Shown: one piece after another, positions 39,801 through 52,098 of the stretch
Numbering within the stretch: position 1 is the stretch's first letter
Layout: each line of letters starts with the position of its first letter
Assembly (NCBI RefSeq): GCF_963506605.1
Contig: NC_083291.1
Location: forward strand, 38,254,001 to 38,318,000
Direction: 5' to 3'
DNA length: 64,000 bases
Source: Zootoca vivipara
Lineage: Eukaryota
Position numbers and translations under genes: made by a program
Notes under the pieces: model-generated
The model's input: the letters and a program-made list of their open reading frames with translations, nothing else
Told to the model about the DNA's origin: nothing
Database searches by the model: none

Positions 39801-40792
39801 ACCTTCAGCTGGTGGCCCAGCTACGCCCCTCTCTGGACAGGGATAGCCTGACTCCTGTTGTCTATGCTCTGGTAACCTGTTATTGGGTTGTTATTTTTGT
39901 TGATTTTGTGTATTTGATGTTTTATGTGAACCGCATTTAGACCTTCAGGTATAGGGTGGTATAGAAAACAAACAAACAAACAAACAAACTTCGGCAACAG
40001 AAACAGGCTTCTTTTATGAAATGGCTTCTCCAGTTGTGTTATGTATTGGTTTAATTTGTGTACATGAGTTTCTCTGCTAGTCCTGTAACTACCTTTCCCG
40101 CTCCTGGGCGATTCAAATGGGTGCGGTGACAGTTGCTATTGGTTAACTTGTTAGCACAATTTGGATCCTCACTCTGATAGGTTCCAGCCAAAATCTAAAT
40201 GTATCCTTTCTCCAACCCCTGCTCCTGAGAGTATCAAAGGAGCTCACCCTTTCCCTCCAGTTCAGTCAAGATTCCTACTGCAATAAAGAAGACTGTTCCT
40301 GTTATACTTGACTCCTAGCAGTTCCTTGCTAGTATGCTGAATCACTATTCTGAGCTGACTTCACGAAGAGCTGAAATCACGCTCACGACTTAACAAGTTG
40401 CCTTTTAAAAGAAAGGCCTTCTATTTTCTGCAATGATTCTTCACTCTGCTTGAAGCAGACTTCATATCCACTTACCCTTTCCTCTGCTCCTTTGTACATC
40501 CAAAGACTTGTTGGTTGAAAGGTATATCAACTTGATTTTGCCCCTCATGTTCTTTCATTTTGTCTTAGTTTTCCCTTGGCGTATCTGCTTTTCTTGATTC
40601 TCTTTAAAATCTTCATCTTAGTATTTTTATGAGTTTTCAGTTTAAATATTGCCTGGCTAAGCTTTCTTTTGGGGGCTTTCTCAAAGTCCATCATCTGTCC
40701 ACAATTTATTCTCCCTGTTTTATTATGATTAATTTTTTGTTGGTCTTCTATTTTCTTTCAATTTCCTTTTAATTTAAAATGCATTGCCTCTC
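36813..40792 (-). pseudogene. Unidentified multi-exon locus (orphan gene, decayed gene or spliced lncRNA)
   Basis: About 15 short segments bounded by YAG acceptors and GT donors, all on the minus strand, many separated by 75-120 nt introns. Several consecutive exons are phase-compatible, but stops and frame breaks occur. No homologue recognised. Confidence 0.5.
39622..39990 (+). mobile_element. Internally deleted L2-like LINE fragment
   Basis: RT-like remnant (DPFQSGFRP...TALVALYDDL across frames) ending in an (AAAC)n tail. Confidence 0.6.
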
Positions 40793-41627
40793 CTAACACA
40801 TTTTAGGGAGTTACTGAATTAAAATATCTATCTATTTATCTTCTATCTATCTATCTATCTCTATCTATCTATCTCTCTACAAGCAACATTTAAACTTGCC
40901 AATTAGGGAGATCAGAAGTGAACGTTTGTTGTATCTGTTTTTAAAGTTGTAAATAACAACTTCAGCTCTGACCAGTGAGAGGGCTAAAACCAGTATTGTA
41001 GCCAGGGACAGTCTCACTCACTAGACTCTGGCTCGCTCCTTCCACCACCTGTTGGTCATAATGACAAATAAAAAAAGTCCCTTGGCGCATTAATACAGTG
41101 GATACAAATGTGTTTGCTTTCAACATAGGATCATTGTGCATGGGTGAGAAATTAGTACCGGCCCCACTCCCTAATAACAGGGTTCCTGGGGTGCCAACTT
41201 GAATAAAATTGGGGGGGGGCGGTAAGCCCTGCCCTACATAGTCACATGACACGGCACACACAATTAAATGGCAATGCCCATCAACTTTGGGGGGCGGGTT
41301 TCCCGGTCCCCTCAAATATTTTTTTTGTGGGGGGGCTTAAGAGGAGTTAGCTCCTAAGCTGGGGTATGTGTCATTCCTGGATCAATGTCTTTGTTTGCTT
41401 GGCTATGTGTAGCACCTGCTGTGCCTTTTAATGACATTTTGCCCATGTATCGCACTGATCTGAGCATTAAAGATTTTGGTAGACACTGCAGTGTGAGTTT
41501 GAATTATTCTTTGAGTGGGAGCCAGGAAACTCTCATTCACAGAGTGTTTTTTGGAGGTTCTCCTTGTTGGAGGGCCCCCAAAATGGATAACCTATCGCTT
41601 TAAGAAAATGATTTAAGAAACTGTTAA

Positions 41628-41628
<1 letters not shown>

Positions 41629-41669
<41 letters not shown>

Positions 41670-41677
41670 TCTATCTA
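41629..41677. repeat. (TCTA)n microsatellite; related tracts at about 40826-40875 and 42137-42182
   Basis: Direct reading of the sequence. Confidence 0.9.
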
Positions 41678-42169
41678 CAAGCAACATTTAAAATTGTCTA
41701 CTATGGAGATCATAAGTGAAAATTAGTTGTATCTCTTTTTAAAGTTGTAAATAACAACTTCAGCTCTGACCAGTGAGAGGGCTAAGACCAGTTTTATACC
41801 AGGGACAGTCAGCGGTGGAGGAAGCCGCTCGGGCTCTTGGGGCACGAGCTGCCCATAGGGGCAGGGTGAGGGCGGGGTGAGCCATCCATAGGGGCAGGGT
41901 GCATTGTGGGGCCTCCAGAGTCTGCCTGCCTCCTCCCACTCAGTCCCCTACATCTGGGGGGGGGAGGCACCAGGCAGACCGTTTGGACAGATTGGAGCCT
42001 GCACACTCCCAAGCCACTGCGTCCTGGCATTTTGTCACCCCTCTCAGAGGTGACACCTTGGGGCGGCTCTGCACTTACCACACACCCCTTCCTCCGCCAC
42101 TGGTGGCCGGTGGTGTGGGGGAGTATTGCCCCCCCTTATCTATCTATCTATCAATCAATCTTCTATCTA

Positions 42170-42708
42170 TCTATCTATCTATAAATGTAAACTGGGCATG
42201 TGGGTTATTATCCACTTTTCTCCGAAACCACTTCACCGATTGCGTTCAAATTGGAACACAACGTCCAAAGCGAATGAGCGAAGGCTCTTATGAGGTTTTC
42301 AAAGACATATGCCACACCTCCACCAAGTGAAACCCCAAAAAAACCCTGTTCCAGAACGCACCACTCAGCCGCAAGTGCATGCTGGGAAAAGAACCAGGTT
42401 GCAAACCACCGCCCTCTAGTGGTGGCTACACTGGTACTACACCTATAGAACCTTCCCTCTCAACAGCACCTCAGCTGCCATTTACATCCTAGGCCAAAGC
42501 TTTCACAGACTCCGCCAAATGGAGGTATTGACTCACCTGGGTGGGGGTTGGGGGGAGGAGGGGACGGGATAGGTCAGGACATGGTGGGGCCAGTCACAGG
42601 GATGACCCAGGGGGTGGGGGGAGGAGGGGGCAGGATATGTCATGGATCGACACAGGGTGGTGGCAGTCACAGGGATTAGCCACGGCAACGCGTGGCAGGG
42701 CCAGCTAG
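42170..42708 (+). mobile_element. Non-autonomous Helitron, family A copy 3
   Basis: Begins in (TCTA)n, is close to copy 2 in its 3' half, and ends in a hairpin followed by CTAG|T. Confidence 0.7.
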
Positions 42709-43131
42709 TTACATATATTTGGCTCATTAACACCCTATGTCCTTTAATTATCCGTGGGAGGGGGGATATTAGAGTTGTTTTTTACTTCCGCTTTTGTTGT
42801 ATTGTGTTTTTTGTTTTAATCTGTATTTTAATGTTGTGAACTGTGATCTTCGGATCAGAGGCAGTATACAAATTTAATCAATAAAATAATAACAACAACA
42901 ACAATAATAATAGAACAGCTCCACTGCCTATTGGTCTGTTTCCACTTATAATTCAAAGTGCTGCTTATGACCTATAGAGCCCCATACAGCTTGAAGTCCA
43001 GACTATCTGAAAGACCGTATTCCCTCATACAAACCTGCCTAGGTTCTGAGATCTTCGGGGCAGGCCCTTCACTCGGTCCCACCACTCTCACAGACACACT
43101 TGGTGGGGATGCAGGATAGGACCTTCTTGGT

Positions 43132-43267
43132 CAGGCATCCCCAAACTGCGGCCCTCCAGATGTTTTGGCCTACAACTCCCATGATCCCTAGCTAACAGGA
43201 CCAGTGGTCAGGGATGATGGGAATTGTAGTCCAAAACATCTGGAGGGCCGAAGTTTGGGAATGCCTG
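43132..43267. mobile_element. Palindromic 136-bp hAT MITE inserted in a LINE fragment
   Basis: TIRs CAGGCAT(C/T)CCCAAACT and a perfect 8-bp TSD TTCTTGGT. Confidence 0.9.
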
Positions 43268-43617
43268 TTCTTGGTGGTGGCTGATACCATAAGCTGACCA
43301 CCCACCCTTATAAAAAGGGTTTCCTTCTGTGGATGGGATGGCTGTTGTTAACCAAGATAGAGCACCATATGGAAAAAAACTCACACTTCGGCAGAAAAAG
43401 AAATAAAGACTGCACTGGATTGGAAAGAGACAAAGATTTTCCAGAATCAGCTGAAAATCAAAACAGTATTGGTACCTAAAGTGGCCACATCACTGAGGTG
43501 CATCAGGCCAAGGGAGCTGTCTTAACTGCATGAGTCCTCTGGGCAAGAATTGGTGCAGATTCTTCCAGCACTTCATGAATTAGGCCACAAATATCTGAAA
43601 GACTGTCTCCTTCCCTA

Positions 43618-43868
43618 CAGGGGTCAGTAAACTTTTTCAGCAGGGGGCCGGTCCACTGTCCCTCGGACCTTGTGGGGGGCCGGACTATATTTTGAAGGAA
43701 AAAAAAGAACGAATTCCTATCCCCCACAAATAACCCAGAGATGCATTTTAAATAAAAGGATACATTCTACTCATGTAAAAACACGCCGATTCCCAGACCA
43801 TCCGCGGGCCGGACTGAAAAGGCGTTTGGGCCGCATCCGGCCCCCGGGCCTTAGTTTGGGCACCCCTG
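43618..43868. mobile_element. hAT (Charlie-like) MITE
   Basis: CAGGGGT...ACCCCTG ends with ggcc-rich subterminal motifs. TSD not recognisable. Confidence 0.6.
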
Positions 43869-44110
43869 CTACAAACCCTCTCAGGTGTTAAGGTCAGCAG
43901 AGGGTCATCATGCTCAGAAGTTGTGGACTGGGTAGCAGCCCAGAAGAGAGCAGTCTTTTTAGGCTGTGGAATCCCCTCCCCAGAGAGCTGCATCTGGCAG
44001 ATTTCATTACGACACAGCTCTTTTGACACCTGAGATATTTTTTCAGGACCTGCTCTAATTGCATTTTTAAAAACCGGTTTCAATAGATTTACATTGTTGT
44101 AACGTGCCCT

Positions 44111-44460
44111 GGCGAGGGTGGCGCTGTGGGTTAAACCACAGAGCCTAGGGCTTGCCAATCAGAAGGTCGGCGGTTCGAATCCCCGTGACAGGGTGAGCTC
44201 CCGTTGCTCGGTCCCAACTCCTGCCAACCTAGCAGTTCGAAAGCACGTCAAAGTGCAAGTAGATAAATAGGTACCCCTCCAGCGGGAAGGTAAACGGTGT
44301 TTCCGTGTGCTGCTCTGGTTCGCCAGAAGCAGCTTAGTCATGCTGGCCACATGACCCGGAAGCTGTACGCCGGCTCCCTCGGCCAATAACACGAGATGAG
44401 CACCACAACCCCAGAGTCAGTAACGACTGGACCTAATAGTCAGGGGTCCCTTTACCTTTA
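44111..44460 (+). mobile_element. Sauria SINE
   Basis: Same head, body and TTTACCTTTA tail as the copy at 33821. Confidence 0.88.
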
Positions 44461-44627
44461 ACATGCCCTGAGACCTGATGGTGAAGGACAGGTAAGAAAT
44501 ATTACTGTTGAAAAGGGAAGGTCCATCCTGGCCAGTGCCATAAGAGTCATCTTCCCTCACTCCCCACCGCCCGCAGTGGTAAGTCAGGGTAACATTGCAA
44601 TGGGTATGTTCGTGTGGCACTTAAATC

Positions 44628-44630
<3 letters not shown>

Positions 44631-44692
<62 letters not shown>
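44631..44692. repeat. (AG)n microsatellite
   Basis: About 30 perfect AG units. Confidence 0.95.
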
Positions 44693-44695
<3 letters not shown>

Positions 44696-44886
44696 TGCAA
44701 ATGAAGAGAGAAGCCCTGGCAACTTTCTAGCACAATGTCTCCTCTGGTCAGCAGCAGGGAGGCATTTTCCTTGACACTGTAAACCACAGCCTTTCTCAGC
44801 CTGGCATCATTTAAATGTTTTGCACTACAAATCCCATCAGCCACCTGGCTGGGAAAGGCTCCTATAAACAGAGGCGAACTGATATA

Positions 44887-45148
44887 CAGTGGTACCTCTA
44901 CTTACGAATTGAATGCGTTCCGAATGCACATTTGTAAGTCGAAAAAATTTGTAAGTCGGATCCCATAGGAATGCATTGGGAGAAAAAATTCGTAAGTCGA
45001 AGCAACCCTATCTAAAAAATCGTGAGTAGAAAAAAATCCTATCTAAACCGCATCCAAGATGGCGGACGGAGCTCCGTTCGTAAGTAGAAACATTCGTAAG
45101 TAGAAACATTCGTAAGTAGAAACATTCGTAAGTAGAGGTATACCACTG
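44887..45148. mobile_element. Tigger/pogo-like MITE, inverted copy of the element at 161-401
   Basis: Same TIRs, TA flanks, and a body that is the reverse complement of 161-401. Confidence 0.85.
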
Positions 45149-45827
45149 TAAACGGATGAGGCATCCTTTGCATGTGTCTCTCTTTCTGAACAAAGAACAG
45201 CATGTGCAGATAGCCATCGCCAGTCCTACCCTCCCCCCAGCCACCAGAAAGAATTCAGCACAGGCTGCAGCAGGGTTTAAAATCATTTACTGGAAAATTG
45301 CCAAGTATAAAATCCACATTGGGGCCAATATTCTACAAAAAAGGAGAGAACTGACAGAATCAATCACCGATCATTTCCAGCCCCCACTAAGCAATGCAGG
45401 CCGGTGCAAAAAGGGGTCACTGCAAAGAGGGGCAGAGCCTGCTTTACCGTCCCCTCCCCAACTCCTCCCCTTGGTCCTGTACATCCATCACCGGCAGCTG
45501 CCAGTCTGAGTCCAAGCTCCTTCCAGCACCTCTGCTTCTGGTCACAGGGAACTCCACATTCAATAGTCTTTCTGTGTTTCTCCCCTCCCTTTGGGAGACA
45601 AGCACAACAACAGAGTGTGAGGCACACGGGTGGGGGGTGAGGCTCCATGAGGCATGTAAGGAGCCTTCATCCATCTCTCTACATGCAATGCCAGTCCACT
45701 TGCGGCGTGGCATGGGCAACAGGTGGCAAAGTGGGAACGTCAGAGGTAGTTCATGCATTGTGCCGCGCAGGACTGCACAATCCATGCTTGGGTGGGAGAG
45801 CCTCTGGTGCTCATCCTGTTCACATCA

Positions 45828-48800
45828 CTAGCCCTGAAGCTTGAAAGTCTGATGCAGTCTCTCGGCCTGGTCCTTCAGTGCCTGGATCTCCTCCTGAATG
45901 AAATCAGTCAATGCTTTCCGCATCTCCATCTGCAAGCACAAGGAGCCATAGTCAGCAAGTCCATGCAACACACGGCAGCTCTCCGCCTATGTGCGGATGG
46001 GTACACCAAGAGCAGGTGTATCCCCAGAACTATTCCCCACCTCCAGTTCAAACAAATTCACAAGCCTGGGGCCCAACCTAAGCCATCGTTTGGGATCTCA
46101 AAGACTCCAGACGCATAAATCATAAAATCATCATGCAGCTAAGGTGAACCAATTTATAAATCAGCCAGGTAGGCAAAGCTTGAGCCCCTCCCCCCAGTCT
46201 CTCCCATTCCCCTCAATGCCAGCCTGAACTCATCATACCTTCAACAGCTTCTGCTTCTCTTAGCAGATCAGTCTTACTCAGGCATCCCCAAACTGCAGCC
46301 CTCCAGATGTTTTGGCCTACAACTCCCATGATCCCTAGCTAACAGGACCAGTGGTCGGGGAAGATGGGAATTGTAGTCCAAAACATCTGGAGGGCCGAAG
46401 TTTGGGGATGCCTGGTCTTACTTATTCTCATCATCGATCTCCCACATCTAGAAAGACAGCTGTTGGTTTCCAATTGTATTATAAAAAGGAATAGTCCCAT
46501 GTTTCAGGGAATTATATGAGAGCCACAATGGCTGTGTTTTGCCTCCCCTGCCAGAGGTATTATGCCTCTGAATACCAGTTGCTGAGAATGGCAGGTGGGC
46601 AGAGTCCTGTTGCACTCATGGCATCTGGCCACCCACTGTGAGAACAGAATGGTGCCCTAGATGGGCCACTGGGCTCTTTTTTATGTTCTTATGAAAGGCT
46701 AAGATAAGAAGCAGGCTTGGCACACAGTCTTCCCTCATTGGGGGGGGGGATTTGTAACTGCTCATCCCTGCAATGCCCCGTTTTACTAGTGCCCAACTCT
46801 ACGGAGAATGAACCTTAAGTATGAATCCAGCTCTGAACCCATCAGTGCCGTATGCCAAGCCCTTAATGGTCAGCCATCCTATTTCTTCCCTCCTTTGCAC
46901 TCACCGCTGATTTGTTCTCTGCCCGCAGATGCTCCAGCAGTGGACGGGCACTGAATGGCTTCCCAATTAGCACGGTGATCTTCTGTAACAAAAAGAAAAG
47001 GCAGCATGAGCAAACCGGTAACAAGGGAGACAAAATGCTTCACTTGCACAAGTCCTCAACTTGCTGGTGACTTAGAATCCCCTGCCACTCCTGTCTGCAA
47101 TGCTAGGAGCGCCTCCTTCCCATCTCCAACTCACCTGCCCAGCACGGGGCACGTATGGGGGTGCATTGGGGAGTACATCATTCATTCCTAGGGAGATGGG
47201 GGGGGGGGACAACAACACAAACAGTTAGTTTTGATCCCAGCCCCACCGTAAGCCATATATATATAAAAAATGACAAAATGGAATAGGATTCCTGTGTATT
47301 TAATAGCTGTACAGAAGGGATCATTTTAGCAGGAGCTGAAAAGAGTCTCCACTACTAAATTCGTAGCATTCCATGTGGATTGTGCAAGTAGGTTAAACAT
47401 ACAGCCTATCCAGACAAAGTAGAAATTGACATGTTTTTAATTATATTTTGATTTTTTAAATAATAATAATAATACCTGGATTTAAGAGTTTTTATGTTTG
47501 TAAGATTTTACCAAAAATAAAAATCATGTGCTGGATAAATGTTGAAATTGTGTGTGGAGCCCCGGCTCACTCAGCAGCGGCAGAGCAGAAAATTGGGAGA
47601 GGCTCCTCCCACTTCAGAGAACAAGGTTTAAATAGAGCTACCTCTGGAAGTAGAAGGGAGGAGTTCCTTGTTCCAGAGTACCCTCCAGCATCAAGTGAGA
47701 AGAAGAGGTCATGCTGGTTTTTCAAAACCCATTCCCACATCCTGAATCTCAATATTCTCACTAAATTACTTCTGAAATACAAAATGTTGGTTCGGAAAGT
47801 AAGATGGAGAGTTAGTTTGTGTCACATTCTGCCAGCCTTCCTTGTGCACACTTTGGGCATTGCCTTTGGAAGCACCCTTGGGTGGGAAATCTGGTCCCTG
47901 CCAAAATCAACCTTTCTACACAGATCTTAAAGGAAGACAAGGGTCCTGTTCCACCAGAAATCTGAGAACCCTTCTATCTTCTACCTATGTGATTGCCACC
48001 TGCTTAATGTCAGACCTTGTCCCTCTCCTGATTCAGGCCTCACCTACATGCCAGAGTGGCAGTATAATAGGGTGAAGGCGGCATTCAGCCAGAAGACGCC
48101 CAATGCCTGGAAGAAATAAGAGGAAGGGGAAGTTAGAGAGGATGAAATGGCCCCAGAATGCTCCTCTCCTACTAAAAAATACCTACCCCATTTGAAGCGC
48201 ATGCATTCCTGAGTCATGTTTACTTTCCCTGGAAGAGGAAGATGGAGAACAGTTAGGGCAATTGGTGGGCAGTGTAGGTTAGCCTCTGAAGCAGACAATA
48301 TCAGCACCACACCTATATCTATCTGCCACCCCCAGTATGCTCACAGAACCACTTCCAAGCATTGCTACCTACCTTCTGGGAACACGTGAACCCAGTCTCC
48401 GTGGTTGAGCTTCTCAAGAATGTAGTCCATGCCTTTCTGATAGACTCCATCTCCTGCAGGGAGAATGAACAGATTAATGGCAGTTCAATCCCGCATGGAG
48501 GGCTCATGCAGCCCTAACTAGAACATTCTCTCACCATGCCTCGACAAGTCATAAGCATTAAAAATAAAACAGATTTTTGCCTTTAAGTGTGATGCTTAAT
48601 TAGAACCCTTTTCATTTGCAAAGCGATTAAAAATCTCTTTCTTCACAGCATCCTTGTTGATAAGCCACTATTATTCCCATTTTACACATGTCAGCTGGAA
48701 AATAGAGGCTGGGAGAAATGGAGGCACGAGGCTACAAACTGAGTAAGTGAATTACTTCTCAGGCCTGGCTTTGCTACAGCTGTCCTTGGCCCAAGCCTTA

Positions 48801-51049
48801 TCTGGGCAACTACCCCATTTATAACCCAAGAGCTGCTTGCCTGCCCCATGTCTATTAAGCAAACCACCTGCTTACCACGACAGACAGGTACACATCGCCC
48901 AAGGCTGAAGAAACGGGAATGCAGCTCCTTGGTGAAGCAGATGTCTGCAGCTGTTGGAGTCCTGGGAGAGCAAAGATACTGTTAAAACCACATCACAACA
49001 AGTTTTCATCTGGGCTCTCCAAAACCTTGGGAGCTCAAACTGAATATGATGGGCAGCCCTACAGATACCCAGGAGCTTTTATTTTTATTTATTCAATTTG
49101 TATACCGCCCTAACCCTGTAGATCTCAGCTCATTCCTTCCTCACAGGGAATAACCACCTTTCCCAAAACTTACCAGCGCATTTTCTGCAAGTTCCAGACG
49201 TGCCGTAATTTCAGGATCCCTGGGGGAGGCACAACTACATTAATACAGGGGACAATCCAAATTAAATCTACCATAGCTAATGCAGAAAAATGCTGCATGC
49301 ACAGGAGTCAGGCTTGGGGTTCATCCTTAAGAAAGGCAAGTTAAGCCTCCTTCATGAAGGTCCTAAGGGAGTGTGGGGAGCACCCATTCTTGCCCACCGT
49401 GCTCCAGACCTCAGGAAGGTGATTGGCCTGGTCTCTCAAAACAGAAGAGCAATACCTTCCCCTTCCCATCCACCAGGTGGCAGCACTTCCCTTCTAGTAC
49501 CCTACCCCACAGATGTGGATCATCCATGCAGGACTGGTGGTTGCAGACCGTCAAAAGAGGGGTGCCTTCCTGGCGCTTCTCAATAAGCTCATACAGTACT
49601 TCTTTGTTATGGACATTCACCTGGTTCATATACCCTGAAAGGGGGGAGAGAGCAAAATGACAGCTCAGTGACAGCAAAGGTACAAAGAGAGTGTACAGTA
49701 GAGAGAAAGGTTGAGGAGTTCCTAGGCTCCGATTCAGGCTGGAGCAAGATAGGTCACTCTGCCTAGGTTCCCAGTGCTCTATCTAGCCATTAATAACAAT
49801 GGATAGCTGCAATAATTTGTGGCTTTCCATATTTAGCAGTCATATGGCAGTTTTGAGCAAAGTATTAGGTAAATGAAAAGGTAAAGGACCCCGGAACGAT
49901 TAAGTCCAGTCAAAGTATTACACACAGTTCACATACGACGCTGCCTTGGTACTGGCTACACGGACTGGCAGCAGAACTGTCTGGTTCCTGGGTTCAGGGG
50001 TCTTTCCCAGACATGCCTGGAGATGCCAAGGATTGAACGTGGGACACTCTGCATTCAGAGCGCAAGCTGCCCCACTGAGATGCACACATTTGTTTTGCTG
50101 CGACCCTTTAAACAACCTTGCAAGGCCAATACTGTTACGTCCACCATTGCCAGAGTGCTAGTAGCGAATGGGTTGCCTAAAGATGCCTAGCGAGCTCTTG
50201 GCAGAGATGAGCTACAAGAGCTCTCATTAGGAGCATGGGATGGGGAGAAATGGGGAAAACAGAAGACCTAGTTTTATACAAGACCTGGCTCCTGGGTTCT
50301 GGTGGCCCTCAGGCAAGACTGAGTGGCTATAAAGCAGAGGGAGAGGCCAAGATATGTAAACCACGGACAGCTCCCTCACTGGCTTTGCATTCACCAGGTC
50401 CTCTCTCTTCTCTCATAAAAAGTCCAGGGCCAGATTGTGGCCTTCCAGGTCTATCTAGCCTCAAAACTCTCCTCTGGCTGCACCACTTCTGAGCCCTGCT
50501 TTTCACCCTGCTTCCTGAGAGATTTTGTCTCTTGCTCCACCCACTTTTGCTTCTGGCTCCACCTCCCACTGGCATATGGCCCCCAGACGTTTGCCCAAGA
50601 GACAATTTGTTCCTCAGGTGGAAATAGGTTCCCCACCCCCACCCTATGCCCACCCCTGTCACTAATCTAGTTTTGACCCCTAGAGCTCAGTCTCCATTTC
50701 CCTGCCCAGCAGAAGAGAGTCAAAACCCCGGGATCCCGTCCACTTCTACATATTAAGATTCTAAGGAATCTCCACATGTCTTCCTGAGCTCCAGGCCCAG
50801 CATGAGTCTCTTGTACTGCTGTAGCCTTCCAGGGAGCCTAAATGGCAATGCCGTCGAGCATTCTTGCACACCCTGCCATGAACCTTTTTTGTCCCTTTTG
50901 TGACAGTAGCTGTGTAGGGGCAGACGTTACAGGTACTCACTGGTCCAGAAGCAGCTGTAGGTGCCCACCAAGCCCATGACCACCCTGCTGGCCAAGATCC
51001 AGGGCAGATGCGGGGCCCGGGGAAAGGGCCATTTCACCTCAAGGGGCAT
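45828..51049 (-). CDS. TAFAZZIN: Tafazzin, cardiolipin transacylase, 10 coding exons, 262 aa (no equivalent of primate exon 5)
   Basis: Exons: 50941-51049, 49506-49634, 49174-49219, 48876-48961, 48373-48453, 48187-48228, 48044-48106, 47135-47187, 46905-46982, 45828-45929; total 789 nt. N-terminus [10 protein letters not shown], acyltransferase motifs NHQSCMDDP (HxxxxD) and [11 protein letters not shown]. Confidence 0.97.
46279..46414. mobile_element. Palindromic 136-bp hAT MITE in the last TAFAZZIN intron
   Basis: Perfect 8-bp TSD GTCTTACT. Four mismatches by eye to the copy at 43132. Confidence 0.9.
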
Positions 51050-51155
51050 CTTCCCATCCCTGGCAATCCTTGAGGTAAGAGTGTCAGCTGTCCCTGCCAA
51101 AGAGAACAGCAGAATGCTTTGCAACTGATCACATTTGCCTATGGCTCTTGGTATA

Positions 51156-51410
51156 CAGTGGTACCTCTGGTTGCGAACGGGATCCGTTCTGTAGCCCTGT
51201 TCGCAACATGAGCAGTACGCAACCCACGTCTGCGCTTCTGCGCACGCGCGGGCCGCAATTCAGTGCTTCTGCGCATGAAGTCATTTGACGATTCTGTGCA
51301 TGCGCGAACCGCCGAACCCGGAAGTAATCAGTTCTGTTACTTCCGGGTTTGGCACATTTGTAACCCGTGTTGTATGCAACCCACAGCATTCGTATCCAGA
51401 GGTATGACTA
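51156..51410. mobile_element. Tigger/pogo-like MITE
   Basis: CAGTGGTACCTCTGG.../...CCAGAGGTATGACTA with TA flanks. Confidence 0.7.
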
Positions 51411-52098
51411 TACAGTATAGTCCTCTCCCCTGCCAAGAAAGTTCTGTTGCAACATGCAGGTGGCAGCACCACATCCTGCCATCTCACCTCTACCTGAGGG
51501 TTGTCAGGACATTTAAAAAAAAGAAAAGAAAAAAGTGACTAGGCTAAACAACAGGATTAAGCAGAACAGTGCAATGATGAGAAGCAGAGAGGTTGTAATT
51601 GAGGTTATGTGGGACAACCCTATAGAAATTGCAAAACTGCTGTTGCAAGTCCACACCCAGCAAAAACTATTGCTAAAGCACCTCTGTTGTGTTGATTTAC
51701 CCCAGTTCTAGAAAAAGTTTTGAGGTGGAGGTGTGAAAGGGTGGGAAAGATCACTAGTTAGTGGTGCAGGGATTTTAGTAAACACATTAAATATAGATAT
51801 ACTGTGAATGAAAGCTTGGAGAGAAGTGGTAATTTTGAGAAGTACCAGTATTTTGAGGGAATGCCTTCTTTCCACTTGTCATCCTTGATGCATCCATTCT
51901 TTTTTAGATTGGTCCTCTAATCAGAGGAGCGATCTGAGCAACACAACAACACAAACTCAAGAAGTGGCTCTCAAATGTTTTAGGTGGATATTTATTGCAC
52001 TTTTGTTTGTATTTATTTATTTCACTTCTTGATTGTAGAAAAACCTCGAAGTGGTTTACAAAAAGAACAGTACAATAAAACTATTTTTAAAATAATAA

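Noticed and set aside
46239-46446. Cryptic exon in the last TAFAZZIN intron (ag|ATGTGGGAG...|gt), split by a MITE
   Set aside because: It contains an early stop, has no similarity to tafazzin, and the CDS is complete without it.
48454-48875. Missing TAFAZZIN exon 5 as a loss event
   Set aside because: Exon 5 is a primate-specific addition; 262 aa is the normal vertebrate form.
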